Below, in pieces: positions 35,320 to 48,778 of a stretch of DNA of 64,000 bases. The notes below the pieces were generated by a model that saw only the letters and a program-made list of their open reading frames with translations, did not search any database and was not told where the DNA came from. A program made the translations under genes and the position numbers. Every line of letters starts with the position of its first letter. The first letter of the stretch is position 1. The stretch lies in the NCBI RefSeq assembly GCF_009914755.1, contig NC_060948.1; one strand, written 5' to 3'. Source of the DNA: the human T2T-CHM13v2.0 reference genome, Homo sapiens.

Positions 35320-36076
35320 TTTCTCCCAGTTATGATGCAGTACACTCGTGCTCACTTTTTACTTTTGTTTTGCACCAGCTAGACCTAGTCCTATTATGGG
35401 GGTTTTTAGATATCACTTAGATTTGGAGAGTTTCTTAAGCCCACCACAAGTGCTGTAGTTGTGAGGTAGCTTCCGTTAGCCATATGCGGATCACAACTAG
35501 TCTTAGTCAGCCACACATTTGGCTTGGAGTACAGTCTTCACTAAGAGACTTGTGGTTCCTCACTTCGTGGCTGATGAGCCTAGTTAGGCCTCTCCATTCA
35601 CACACTTCCCCACACCATCCTGCTACCAGTTCCCATGTTCCCAGTTGGGGTGGTGAGCCACTTTCCCTACGTCCAGTTTCCTTCTGAGCTGACTTAGCAG
35701 GCTACTCTCACATGCTCTGTTGGTTGGGTTGTAAGTTTCTTCTGAATTAGTGAGACACTCTCGTTGTCTGCAGCCCTTCTTGGTCGGATTACCAGTTATG
35801 CCCTAGGAGGTGATTAGGCTCCTTTTCTGTCCTTATGGGACAGGTCATCCCTTGGGTCCCAATACCTTACTGTGGTTTCTGAAGTGAGCTGTTCCTGCAA
35901 TCATCCTGTAGCCCATTAGATACCATTGCATTGCTGGGTAGGGGCACTGGGTCACAAATGGGCTGATCTCCCAACCAGGCTGAATTTCTCCCGATGGTGC
36001 TGCTGGGTCTCAGGACTCCTGAGACCCAGGGCTTAAGCTCCTAGAGGCAAAGGAGACAGTAAACCTGTCATCTCCT

Positions 36077-36094
36077 CTCCTAGCTGGCTGGTCA
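36077..36094 (-). promoter_or_regulatory. Degenerate tRNA-Arg primer-binding site
   Basis: TGACCAGCCAGCTAGGAG versus the tRNA-Arg complement TGGCGAGCCAGCCAGGAG (15/18), 4 nt from the LTR end. Confidence 0.8.
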
Positions 36095-36098
36095 ATAA

Positions 36099-36670
36099 TG
36101 TTGCAAGAAGCAGAGGACCAAAGAGACCTATATGGGGAAAAAGGAAGATTTAATTAGGTGCCCTGGCTCAGTGGACTGATATCCCAAAAGGCTGATCATT
36201 GAACAAAGACTGAGTGGGGTATTTATAAGCAAAATTACAAAAGCAGAAGTAAAGAAGCCACTTAAACAATGATAGGTTACATAATTTATAGCATAAGATT
36301 TGACTTACCGTAACTTGTAGCCTTGCATAGCTTGTGGCCTTGCAGCTGTTAAAAAACTAACAAAAAAACAAAAAACAAAAAAAGGAAAAACAAAAAAGAG
36401 TAACTTTTAATTGTACTAAATACAAGCATTCGGAAACATAGTCAAAATTAATGGTCCAGAGAAGGAGAGAGAGCATTGGTATCCATTTTTCTTTTCAACT
36501 TTGCTCTGGAGTTGGCTGTTTGCAACCCATTCCTTTGGCCTTCTCTTTTGAAACAGTGTTATCTTATAACTCTTTTGAAACAGTGTTGTCTTATAACCTT
36601 CCTTGGAATCAGCTGGCTAAGCAGAAGACATTTTTTTTTTCCTTTTCTATTTAACCCTCGTCTTGCCACA
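36099..36670 (-). repeat. 5' LTR of provirus 2
   Basis: TG..CA ends, adjacent PBS and TSD. Contains a 27-bp tandem duplication at 36543-36596. Confidence 0.88.
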
Positions 36671-36921
36671 CTGGCACTTTTGGAAGAGAAACATATTCAA
36701 CATGCAGACACTGAAGCTCCAGCCTGCAAGTATACAGTCAGTTCTCTGTGCTGTAGGGCTCAGGTATGGTTAGAAGTCTTCTCATGACTCAAATCACAGC
36801 CTGGGTAACCCACTGGTCTAGTTCCTAAAAACATTCACTTCTATTGTTTCAATAATCATGCTCCAGATCCCACTGCCACGTTTGAATTTATTGCAATGAT
36901 ATGGAAGTGAGAACCTTACCC

Positions 36922-37232
36922 AGCCCAGGCACTGTGGCTCATACCTGTAATCTCAGCATTTTAGGAGGCAGAGGTGGGCAGATTAACTGAGGTCAGGAGT
37001 TTGAGACAAGCCTGGACAACACAGTGAAGCCCCATTTCAACTAAATATACCAAAATTCACTGAGTGTGGTGGCCCACACCAGTAATCCAGACTACTTGGG
37101 AGGCTGAGGCAGGGGAAACACTTGAACTTGAGAGGCAGAGGTTTCAGGGAGTGAAGGTCATTCCACTGCATTCCAGCCTGGGTGACAGAGTGAGACTCTG
37201 CCCTCACTCACCAAAAAACAAAAACAAAAAAC
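36922..37232 (+). mobile_element. Alu (AluS-like)
   Basis: Dimeric Alu with an A-rich tail. Confidence 0.9.
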
Positions 37233-37673
37233 TTATCTGCTTATATTTCAATGCCAAAATATTTTTAAATGACTGTTTCTTGATGTGTATAATTGTTCCA
37301 ACTTCCAACTGGAGAAATAACCTCCATTTGTTTACTTTCACAGATTGTGTACATTTGTGTTTGATCTTAATGAGCTGAGTCTATTCACAGAACTATGAAG
37401 ATGCTTATTAATACCGTATTGTATGTTCTATATGTCCAGTTTAGCAAATATGCCTTACCCACTTATTTGCTAAAAAAATCCTTTTTTTCTCCTCATAATT
37501 TAGATGATTCTCAAAGATGACACATCATTTTGCAATCTGATTCTAACTTCTATACTGCCAAATGGTCTGCAAAATTAATCTAAAAAAAAAAAAAAACGAA
37601 CAAAATAAGTGAAGGCTGACAGAGTAAGTAACGTGATTCAGCTGAAGCTAGTCAATCAGGCAGTTGTGCTTAC

Positions 37674-37785
37674 CACAACTTCTGGTCTGTAGGGATGGAG
37701 AGGTTGTGCCTTGATTCAGTGAGTGATTGCTGGGGCATTCTGTCAGAACAAGGCCTGGGGGAAGCACCATGTGATCTGCCCAGGC
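37674..37785 (-). pseudogene. OFD1: OFD1 pseudogene exon 17
   Basis: [31 protein letters not shown] versus [31 protein letters not shown]. AG and GT are intact. Confidence 0.9.
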
Positions 37786-38159
37786 CTAAGGTTCAGAAGG
37801 AACCAAGGCAAGAATATTACCAATTGCATGAAGATACCAGCAGGTTTCTAAAGAGCTCTATTAGTTTGAAAATAAATTGTTATCCTTGCAGATAGCAAAT
37901 AACGATGCATAAGATCCACAAAACTAATGATTCAAGCACCTAAGTTAATTGCAGTGGCAATAATAAAATGCGTGAAAGCAACAGGTAGCAAAGGAAAGGC
38001 AATTATTACTATTGAAACACCTCTGTGTGTTAAGAAAACACTGTATGTAGCCAGTCTATCCCGCTGACCCTCACAGCAACAATGTATCATGGGTAGGGGG
38101 AGGGGAGGGTAGCTATTCGTCTCCAGAGCAGCACACAAGGCTTTGTCCAGGTGGCTAAA

Positions 38160-38787
38160 CTTCCAGATACATTTCTCTTTTAAGGTTTCTTTTTGCTTTT
38201 GGAAACGGTGTGGATTAGCGTTGTCTGGAGGAAGTGTGCCTGTGTAGCCTGGAGGCTGCACTACCTGTGAGTGCTTCCAAGGTGCCATTCCTTTATTCGT
38301 TAAGTGTTTGCACTTGAGGTTGCTCAGAGACAACTCTGTCCTCTGCAAATATATGTCTTTCTGGAGAACTGGAAGTAATGTTTTTGAAAGCTTTCAGCAA
38401 GTGCAGAGATGGTGAGCTCTTTGCTGGTAGTGGGCTTTTGGCAGTCATGTTAATGACTCTCTGATGGCAACTTCTGAAAGGCTCTTCCAAGTGTCTGGCC
38501 TCTTGCTTAAGCTCTTTGACTCTTGCTTAAGCTCTTTGACCCTTGCTTAGTATTAACTACAAACTCAAGGTCAGAACTGGAAGGACTACCTTCTACACCT
38601 CCATTTGGATAATTTGGGATCCTTGATGTAACCATACCTGCTAGAACTCTTTTCTGTCTAAAAGAATTGTTCAAGAAAGCCTGATGTATAACATCATTGC
38701 AGGGTACCATATTGCCACTTATTAATCCACTGACAGAATGATTGTTCAGAGACTGTTTTGGATTGGAGTATACTTTATTCTCTACGT
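38160..38787 (-). pseudogene. OFD1: OFD1 pseudogene exon 16 (large exon)
   Basis: ORFs 38507-38800 ([23 protein letters not shown]...[10 protein letters not shown]) and 38293-38490 ([44 protein letters not shown]) match OFD1. A 20-bp duplication causes a frameshift and the donor is GT to TT. Confidence 0.96.
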
Positions 38788-39143
38788 CTGCAGAGTACAA
38801 AAAGGTAATTTCAGATGTCAGTGGACAAGGAAGAAAAGAAAATTCATATACTTGAGAATATCATTTTTTTTTTTTTTTTGAAAAATTGAAGAGAGCAATA
38901 ATAAGGACAAACTTGCACATTAAACAGTTTCTGAAGCCATGGTAGTAACAACGACTAACACTTATTGAGGGCTTATTGTACCAACTACAGCTTCATATGT
39001 CTTTTGTAACCTGGTATAATTTCAGAATCCATTATGAACAATTGGCACATCACAAAAGCTCTGAAAACCAAAAATGTATTCATAACTCATGTGGTGGCAA
39101 AGCGTAGCCAGACTTGAACTCATTTGGTTGAAAAGTTTGACCT

Positions 39144-39450
39144 GGCCGGGCGTGATGGCTCATGCCTGTAATCCCAGCACTTTGGGAGGCCAAGGTGGAT
39201 GGATCGCAAGGTCAGGAGGTCGAGACCATCCTGGCAAACACAGTGAAACCCTGTCTTCTACTAAAAATACAAAACATTAACCAGGCATGGTGGCAGGCAC
39301 TTGTGGTCCCAGCTTCTTGGGAGGCTGAGGCAGGAGAATGGCATGAACCCAGGAGGCAGAGCTTTCAGTGAGCCAAGATAGCACCGTTGCACTCCAGCCT
39401 GGGTGAAAGAATGAGACTCCATCTCAAAAATCAAAAAAATAAAACAAAAT
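39144..39450 (+). mobile_element. Alu (AluY/Sc-like) with perfect TSD
   Basis: TSD gaaaagtttgacct at 39130-39143 and 39451-39464. Confidence 0.95.
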
Positions 39451-40214
39451 GAAAAGTTTGACCTGAACTGATGTGAACCCATTTAGTATCCTTATTTATC
39501 CCAGCATGAATATTCATACAGTTGACTGGAAAATAATTAATGCATTTCACTACAGCAGGCGCTTCAGAACTTGCATGCTGTGGATTTCCTATGCTATGAA
39601 ATCCACAGCATATGGAATGAGTTTCAGGCAAGGAGGTAAGAATCTGCCTCCACAACAACACTGTGTTCAGGGAACTCTCACAGCTCCCATTTCATAGATG
39701 GGATCTAAAGTTTACTGAGGCTGAGTTACACATTTAGCAGGTCCAATAGCTACTGGACTTCCCTAAGGCAAAGCCAGTACATGCATCTCACTCTCCTGCA
39801 ATGCCTTCCTACGATGCTATTAGAAAGAAGCCTGCCCTCAGCAGTGCACATGCATGCAAACGTTGTATTCTCATTCAACTGCTTTTAACATGAGACTGTG
39901 GTTTCAGCTGTGAGAAGTTTCACAGACAGAACTGACAAAAAAATGAAGTACAGAAATGAGTAGAAATGAGTAAAGAGTTAAGAATCAGTCAAGCTCTTGC
40001 AGAAGAGAGCAAGGGACTTATGAGGAAAGATTGCAAATAGGAACAAGGAAGGCTCAGAATAAGTGTGAGAATACAGTTGAACTGGTAACACATACACACT
40101 TTCTTTGAGCTTGAAAGCAACTGAAGAAGAAAGCATCTAAGCTTCAACATCCTTCTTATGAAGTAGGAAGTGGCAGAGATGTATCCCCAGTGAAGACACA
40201 ATAATAAAATCATA

Positions 40215-40440
40215 GCAAATCACCATTTATTGAGTATTTTCTTATGTCCCAGACACTGCATTGAAACCCACCTCATGTCATCATTTTCATTATGGCTCAA
40301 TAGGCATAAATTTCCCCTTGCAAATGAGGAAACAGAGGCCCAAGGAAGTTAAGTTAACATGTCCAAGATCAAACAACTAACTTCAAAACTGGGGTCCAAA
40401 AGAAGAACAGTTCTCTGATTCTGAGGGCAACGTTCTCTTT
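40215..40440. mobile_element. MIR
   Basis: catttattgagt...gcaaatgaggaaacagaggcccaaggaagttaagt core. Confidence 0.7.
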
Positions 40441-40834
40441 GCTAAATAACCCTTCTCCTCCTATGAGTGCACATCTGTCTATGAAGGAATCTGTAAAACT
40501 ACTGAACTGGTGTTAACATTGGGGTAACAAACAGAAAACAAAATTCTAAGATAAACTTGGAGACTTCTATATCACCACCACAGCTTTCCCATTAGGGACA
40601 TGACGTTCTCCTGAGCCATGAGGCACCTATGAAACAAGTCACTTTTGTTGATGGTCCAGATGGTATTACCAAACTGGATAGGGAGTTTTACTTCTAAGAT
40701 GACACATATTTCTGTGGCTTTTCCTCTAACAAAATAATTACTTAATGTTCAATAAATTGGGATCATTACATTTTCACAAGCATCAGAAGCTTTACAGAAA
40801 GAAAACATATTCATGGGTTTAAAATGTCTCTAAC

Positions 40835-40946
40835 CCGTCTGAGTTTGCTTCAGTTGCAATTTTAAATCAGCCACATGAATAGTTAACTTTGTCATGGAAG
40901 CTTCGTAATCTAGTATCTGGGCCTTCAGCCAGGCAGAATGCACAAT
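40835..40946 (-). pseudogene. OFD1: OFD1 pseudogene exon 15
   Basis: [37 protein letters not shown] versus [37 protein letters not shown]. The acceptor is AG to AT. Confidence 0.92.
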
Positions 40947-41480
40947 ATGACAAGATTCAGAGTAGGAAAATAAATTATTTTAAAACAAATCACAGCTTGC
41001 TTCAAAAGGAAAAGTTTTCTCATCCTTTTGTAATCTTTATTTGGGAAGATTTATGCCAGTAAACAACAGGGTCCCTATTTTTAAAATGACAAACAGAACA
41101 CAAATGAGGCGTGTTTCACAGGTTTCATCATCATTTTCGGTCATATCAAAAAATTCTAGAGCATGTGGACAGAAGACACAGTGAATGTTTGAAATCCTCA
41201 GGGTGAGAATCAAGGGAAAACAGTGGATACAATCAGGCACTCTGAAAATTTTACGTTTAGGTGTGTTTGCTTTCTTCTCCATGTTATTACTATTATGAAT
41301 ATAAGATCATATTATCACTAGAGAATTTTCTGAGATGACAAACAGTACCTTTGTTATATTTGGGGGAGTAATGTTTGATGTAAAAATAAATCTGATTTGC
41401 ACAGGTGTGACTTGGGCCAAGTTTACATATTGATGAAGTGTACTGGTATCATAGTGGGACCGGCAAGGAGCAATACTCAC

Positions 41481-41610
41481 TGCATGTTGCAGTTGTATTG
41501 CAGAGCTGGCCTGTGGTTCTTGAACTCCTCATGCTCAGCTATGATAGCATTTTCTGCTTTCTGCAGTTCTTTCTGAAATACCACAATTTCATGAGCCAGC
41601 TGATCTAGAC
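41481..41610 (-). pseudogene. OFD1: OFD1 pseudogene exon 14
   Basis: LDQLAHEIVVFQKELQKAENAIIAEHEEFK versus [30 protein letters not shown]. AG and GT are intact. Confidence 0.9.
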
Positions 41611-42477
41611 CTAAGAAGTTCAAAAGAAATCCTAGTCATTATCTACCTTAAGTTTTCTTATTTCATTTAACAAAAACATTTAAAGGGGTTTTACATTGTT
41701 GTTTCTTTTCTTTGTACTCATGCAATAAATATAATATTAATTCTATTTAATGAGCTCAGCGTAATCCTGACACCCACATTTCAGAACAAAAGAATTTGGT
41801 GCATTTTAATGTAAACGTGATTACTCTTGGAGTCCTACTCCATGTAAAAGACCCTTTTCAAATCCTCAAATTAACCTAAAAGGTTGTTTCTCTCCTCTAC
41901 CATGCACAGAAGGAGCTCTCTATCTGATCTCCCTGTTGATGACATCCCCAAGATTCAACATAATCTGTGCATCTGTCAGCAGCAGTTGGGATCCAGGCAG
42001 AAAGCAGATGGTTCCCACAGTCAAAGTCATCTAAGGATGCTTTAATAAAGGGTGACTTTTGCAGCATGCCCACAAATGATGGCAAAGCTCACTGAGATAG
42101 TAACAGGGCCACTGTATTAGCACTCCTTGTGCCTGGAGAATCAGAGGAGGGTGCAATTCTCAGCGCTGGAGGGAGAGAGGTGGTGCAGAACACTGGGAAG
42201 AGGTCATCACAGGCACCATGACCTCGCTTGGCTGTGAGGTACAATGGCCAGTCTTCGGCCAGTGTATGTGGAGTCTGTAGTCCTCACCGGCCAAACCCAA
42301 TCAGCAAGCAGAGGGCAAGGGATACCTTGAAACCACCTACAGGCATGTTTGCAGAGTTTAATCCAAGGATCATAAATCCTTCAAATTTAACTTTCCCCTT
42401 ACAAGTACAAAGCATAGTTTTATAATACTGCCTGAATATAAATTACTAAAACATGGAAATCAGGAAGAAAGATATAT

Positions 42478-42613
42478 GGTTTAGGACATGCAAGTTTTCA
42501 TTTCTACTCTCTTTTAAGTAGTGAATAATTACTCATCCTTTTAGCCTTTTCATTCAGCATAAGGTTTTGTTTTGTTATTGGCAAGACTGGGTTTTGACAC
42601 ACTCTAACTCAAC
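42478..42613 (-). pseudogene. OFD1: OFD1 pseudogene exon 13, internally deleted
   Basis: ELECVKTQS..ITKQNLMLNEKAK..NYSLLK joined to ESRNENL. The donor is GT to AT. Confidence 0.85.
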
Positions 42614-42931
42614 CTGGAATTTAAAAAGGAATATTTACAATTGAATAATGACTTTACAGTGCTGCAAAATGAAAATCTGGTATGCTCCTTTAGGCATAGC
42701 GTCAAAATTTAATTAAGGTCACTAAAGAGATGTCTGAATGTCTGCAATAACTACGCTAACAAAAATTATCTTCTGCCCCAGAGTTGACACAGAGGAAACT
42801 TATAGAACATATCCCATGAATCAAGTCCTTCTAAGATTATCACCCCATTTTTCAGAGTCAACCAAGAAACCAGCAACAATCACACATTATAGCAATATAT
42901 ATTTTTTGAATATGAAAAGGTAAGGTAAAAA

Positions 42932-43540
<609 letters not shown>

Positions 43541-44201
43541 ATCTGAACATGTGAAGTGCCTCCATTTTCTTAATATACTATAGCTCATATTTGAGTATGA
43601 AAGTCTACAAAGTTCTCACATATGTCAAAGTTGCAAAAATAAATTTTATATACAAAATATTTTGTAAGTACCTGATGTTCTAACTTCCAACAGCAAGCAC
43701 ACGATGAAGACAAAAGTAAAGAAGCAATGGCATGTGAAAAATGCCCCGTATTTTGTTTTAATCTGTAAGACAAAAATGTAATGACAGAATTTTTTCCTGT
43801 TGCTGATGGAAAGAGTGAACAGGCTGCGTGTAGAAAATAATAGTGTTGACCACCTGCTATGACCTAGGCATGTCAATTAGCTCACTACATTTCCTCAACA
43901 GCCCTAAAATTTGGAAAACTTCCTAGAGTTTACAGCTCAAGAATCTGAGTCACAGAATCTGCCCAAAAGCACACAAGCAACTAGACACACAAATAGGTTT
44001 GAAGCAGGACTTCAGGACCCAAGGCACTATCTGCATTTTTCTGTGTGACATTGATTGAAAATAAATATTACTTAATTTACTCCAGCCATCATCCTCTTAG
44101 CCATACAAATAGAAATCCAAGCGTCTCTAGCAGATGACCTAGGATAAATTATTTATCACTAAAATTTCATATATTGGTTAAATCTGTTTCAAAAAACAAT
44201 A

Positions 44202-44275
44202 ATTATTTCTTCCTTTCACCTTCAATTAGTCGATTAGTACTAATGATATAGTCATCCTTTAGCTCAAGTTGTCAC
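44202..44275 (-). pseudogene. OFD1: OFD1 pseudogene exon 11
   Basis: [21 protein letters not shown] versus [22 protein letters not shown]. The donor is lost. Confidence 0.88.
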
Positions 44276-45933
44276 CTGAGAATCCGAATGAGTTTCTCAG
44301 TTATCATTCTAGAAAGCCCACTATCAATGCAGGAGCTTATGCGTGGCACAGGTATATCTGAGAGCACTTAACCTGACACTGTGTAAACTTCAAAGTCCCT
44401 CATTACTAAAGCCATAGATAAAATGTCCACTAAAACCCCACCTCAATCCTATAAGACTCAAACACACAAAATAAAGGGTCGTGTTGTCACAAGGTTACTG
44501 AAGTAATCACTTTTCAGTTGGTCTCATCTGACACAAAAAGCAAAGAAAATTAAATTTACACGGCATACAATAGACTCAATTGTAAATGATAATTAGACAA
44601 ACACTTCCAGTCCTCCTGTAATATCTGCACACCCTCAACCAATGTATGAATTTTTGTGCCAAGGGACTAAGAACAGTCCTGAGAGGCAAGTGTCAACAGC
44701 ATCAAATCTGAATTAGCAACACCCAAAGACACACTTTTGCAGTTTCACTTCTCTTTCCCAGCTGTTACAATCTGCCCTTTTGGTTCCAAAAGGAAAAAGA
44801 AACATTCTTATGGGGATCAGCCTCCAAACTCTAACACTTGCCAAAATCATATGCAGATTCCTAAAGCCAGACAGACACCACACAGCCCGTGGAAGCTGTC
44901 ACAATGCTACCAAATAGTTGACTAGCTCCATAACTACATAAAATTAACGCACATACTTTGGTTTATTTATTTCTAAATATGTGGTAACTACAGCAACTTC
45001 CACGTTATTTGTTCTAGCAGAGGAATTGACATAGAAGATGTGGGTAAAACGCCTCATTTAAAAATCGATTTTAAAAGCTGCTATATTTTTTAAAAATAGA
45101 ATTTGTTTAAATAACAACCTCAAGAAACTTTTGCACCTACTATGTAATAAAATATCAATGTCAAATCATGAGGAAGGCAATAAAAACAGGCCAAATAAAT
45201 GCCCCCAAAACCTTTGTTGCATCATTTCCTCGTGGCACATTTACAACAAATATTAACTGGGCACATTTTATGTGCCAGATCCTTTTCCACCCACTGAAAC
45301 GTTACCACATGGGCACAATGTCTTACCCCTGTGATATTATCCACTGATACACAAAACTTAGTGCACAGAAAAGCCAAAGAATCTGTAACTGCTGTTATTC
45401 TCCTTTCCCTTTATCACATTTGCCTCACATAGTTAATTTTAGCCCTTTTATTTTCATTCCTGCTTTGCAGAATTGTGAAGGAATTAAAGGCACATGTTCA
45501 CTGAAAAATACTGTGACCATTGATATAATTTCTATATTGTTAGATATCCATCTTTGTGGCAGTATGAGTGGAGTAGACAAAAAAAAAAGTCACTAAAAGT
45601 GATTATAAACCCAGTTTTACAGCTTATCGAGTAGGCAAGCTGAGCAAGTAACAAGGTACCCTGAAAATTATAGTAAATCACAGACCTCAATAAATGTTAG
45701 AGAAGCCATGAGTAAGAAAAGCAGAGGATTTGCTTCTTTGCACCTTATCTTTTAAAAGGTACCTTATCTCAAACACAGGTAATTATTGGGTATTGATGAA
45801 AATAAAATATGTATTTTTTTCAAACACTAAAGTTTGCATAGAATGTGATTCATAGACTACTTCCTCAGTTTTTGTTATGTTTACACTAACTTATTTTAAA
45901 CATATTTCTTCTTCAAAACAGTCAAACATGTAC

Positions 45934-46038
45934 TTCAGCAGTTTGGTCATAGGTCTCCTCAAGACTCCTTATATTCGCTCCTGCCTTCTAAGTGCCTCAG
46001 TCATGGTGTTATGTTTTTCTTCCTGGGGCTTCTGGGTT
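45934..46038 (-). pseudogene. OFD1: OFD1 pseudogene exon 10
   Basis: [30 protein letters not shown] versus [31 protein letters not shown]. Confidence 0.88.
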
Positions 46039-46511
46039 CTGAATATAGGAAAGGTATAAAAACTAAATAAGCTACAATAGCTGAGATAACAAATTTAGAA
46101 AAAAAATCCAGTGTTTTTGATTCAACAGACTAAAACTGCTACATGACTATTCCTGCTGGGAAGCAGAAGAAAGAGCTAGAAGTCCTCAGTGTATGAACTA
46201 ATCTACTTACAGTGTATTGAAACTAGCAGAGCCACAGAGCTGTGGTATCTGACGGAGGGGAGTGTGATCTTCTCTAGTGGGAAGTGATTTCCTATAGAAG
46301 ACAATTAAAACTTAAAACAATAGTTGTAGGTGAGTGATGGCCAAAGTCAATTGTGGGATGAAAGAATAATCCTATTAGTTACAAAGGGACAAAAGTGGAT
46401 TCACCTGCTTGATTTCTTATAATGTTCTTTCTAACTGTGGGCTTTAATTAATTATCGCATAGATATTTCAGTGAGAATATTTACTTTTGTCATTTAATAA
46501 TCTATCAGAGG

Positions 46512-46660
46512 TAGCCAAGTGTGGTGGCCAGCACCTAAAATCCCAGCTTTTCAGAAGGCTGAGGCAGGAGGGTCACTTGAGCCCAAGAATTTGAGACTAA
46601 CCTGGACAACATAGCAAAGCCCTGTCTCTTAAAATCAAACAAACAAACAACAAAAACCTA
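46512..46660 (+). mobile_element. Alu monomer (FLAM-like)
   Basis: Single arm with an (AAAC)n tail. Confidence 0.75.
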
Positions 46661-47791
46661 GAAAACAAAAACTGTTGATTAAACGTGGGAAAAGTACCCA
46701 AAGAGAGGGCAAAAGATAGATGAATCAATATGGGCTTCCAAATACTTAAGAGTAGAACGGTCTTTATAGCGAGACATGAGATTAACCATAGCACCAATTC
46801 CCAAGCCAGGGAGGTGGGTTCACAGTGGTTGAGATGCAGCCATTCTGAGAAGTCCTACAAAACACTGACTGGTCTAAGGAAAGTTAAAGGCTCTAGGTAT
46901 TAGCTCCCTCTGCTGGTAATCTGGAAAGCTGTGGAAAGGTAAAAACGACATTTATTTTGTATATATCCTGAGAGAGAGAAAACAGGAGTGGAGAAAATTG
47001 AGGTAGGGAAGTGATAAACTCTCTCTGCCAAAATGTTGTTCCTTATTTTTCTCTCTCTCTCTCTCGATTAGTTTACCTTTTCATTATTGCCAAAAGGAGA
47101 CTAAGGCAGGCAGAGGTTGTCATCCAACAAATCAAATCTATAGAAGTGCAAAAACAACATTAAAGAAGATGGAGGCATATTCTTTAATGAAGTAAGATTC
47201 CTGGAGTATCTATGGGTGCCAATTAAGAAAACATTCCCAGTGGAAAATAAGGCTTATTGCACAAACTATAGACAGATGCGCTTGCTGTCAATCCCAGGTA
47301 AGATCTGAAGAATGAAATATTTGTCAGCACTTAGAACAAGTGAATAACACAAGAGAAACAGGTTCACCCAGTGCAGGTAAAGTCAGACTACCATACTTTC
47401 TCTGTTGAGCACAGAGCTGGTAAAAGCTGCAGGTGTAGAAATGTGGAACTCAGTTGCTCTACATAAACACATAAAACTATCAGACCTGAAGGACTGAAGT
47501 TAACAGCAAAATGTATGATCTGTTCAAGTATTAATAGCCTCTCCAAATATTCTGTCTGGTCTTACTGTAAGCTTGTGATAGAATCTCATTCTCTTTTTCA
47601 TTTTAATGTTTAATATTTCAAAAGCAAAAGCCTAGTGTTTGTTCTTCTTAATTTCTACTTTCTAATTCTAGGTGCTATGACCTTTATAAACAAGAACTCT
47701 ACTTGGCAATAAACACTAGAATATTTTGACATATAGAGTAATTTTTGTACTCTCATAATTCTGAATTTGAAAATTAAACATGCATACTTAA

Positions 47792-47898
47792 AATTCAAAA
47801 GCTTCAACCCTCTGCTTCATCACTGCTTCTCTTCCTCTTAGTAAATCCATGGCTTTTACTTAAATTTGCCTGTGGCCATAAATTCTCTTTATTTCAAT
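47792..47898 (-). pseudogene. OFD1: OFD1 pseudogene exon 9
   Basis: [34 protein letters not shown] versus [35 protein letters not shown]. 107 nt, donor GT to TT. Confidence 0.92.
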
Positions 47899-48018
47899 CT
47901 ACATAGAAAATCATTAACTTTTAGCAAGAAAACTGATGAAAGCCAAATGGGTGTAAACAAATATACTGTTTCATAAATTCCACAAAGCAACAATTTCAAT
48001 TTCAAGAGAATCCAACTT

Positions 48019-48305
48019 GGCTGGTTACTGTGGCTCACAACTGTAATCTTAGCACTTTGCGAGGCCAATGCAGTCAGATCACCTGAGGTCAGGAGTTCAA
48101 GGTCAGCCTGGCTAACACTGTAAAACCACATCGGTAACAAAATGCAAAAATTGGCCTGGCATCATGAAGGGCACCTGTACTTTCTGCTACTCAGGAGGCT
48201 GAGACAGGAGAATCACCTGAACCTGGGAGGCAAAGGTTCTGGTGCTCTGATGATTACCACTGCAGTCCAGCCTCGGTAACAGAAAAAAAAAAAAAAAAAA
48301 AAAAA
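48019..48305 (+). mobile_element. Alu (AluS-like)
   Basis: Dimeric, with a long polyA and a TSD-like aatccaac on both sides. Confidence 0.9.
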
Positions 48306-48494
48306 ATCCAACCTCAGAGTTTGAATCTTTTCAATCTGTTGGAAAGCAAAGTTTCAAAATTTAGTCAACTAGATGTTCTAGCTGCATATAAATTGACTCT
48401 CCTACTTTCTGTTAAACTGTACTTTCATATGTTCTTAACATCCCTTATGTAATATATGCTACTTAATGCTTTAACAATTCTCAGGCCTTTATAA

Positions 48495-48778
48495 AAAAAA
48501 AAATTGACAGTACCCTGTCCTGCGGCCTAGCCTTTAGTGCATCTGTGTGGTCTTGACTCACTGCAACCACTGCCTCCTGGGCTCAAGGTACCCTCCTATC
48601 TCAGCCTCCCAAGTAGCTGGGACTACAAGCACACACCAAGAAGTCCAGCTAATTTTTTTGCAGAGATGGGATTTTGTCATGCTGCCCAGATGGCTCTGAA
48701 ACTCTGGATTCAAATGATATGCCCACCTTGGCCTGTCAAGTGCTGGGACTACAGGCATAAGCCACCATACCTCGCCCC
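48495..48778 (-). mobile_element. Alu (AluJ-like), diverged
   Basis: Reverse-complement Alu body (ORF 48558-48758 is an Alu translation). Confidence 0.85.

Larger units (their letters stand above)
27933..36670 (-). mobile_element. HERV-R/ERV3-family provirus 2; two LTRs, env deleted, in OFD1P intron 17
   Basis: LTRs at 27933-28442 and 36099-36670 (TG..CA). 4-bp TSD CTGG (27929-32 / 36671-74). Arg-type PBS. gag, pro and pol are collinear with provirus 1. Confidence 0.92.

Noticed and set aside
5013-36670. Proviruses 1 and 2 as duplicates of one insertion
   Set aside because: They have different insertion sites (intron 19 versus intron 17), different LTR U3 ends and substantial internal divergence.
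39089-39482. Alu-derived ORFs (also 4259, 27542, 37064, 43233, 48537, 52968, 55553)
   Set aside because: These are standard Alu translations, not genes.
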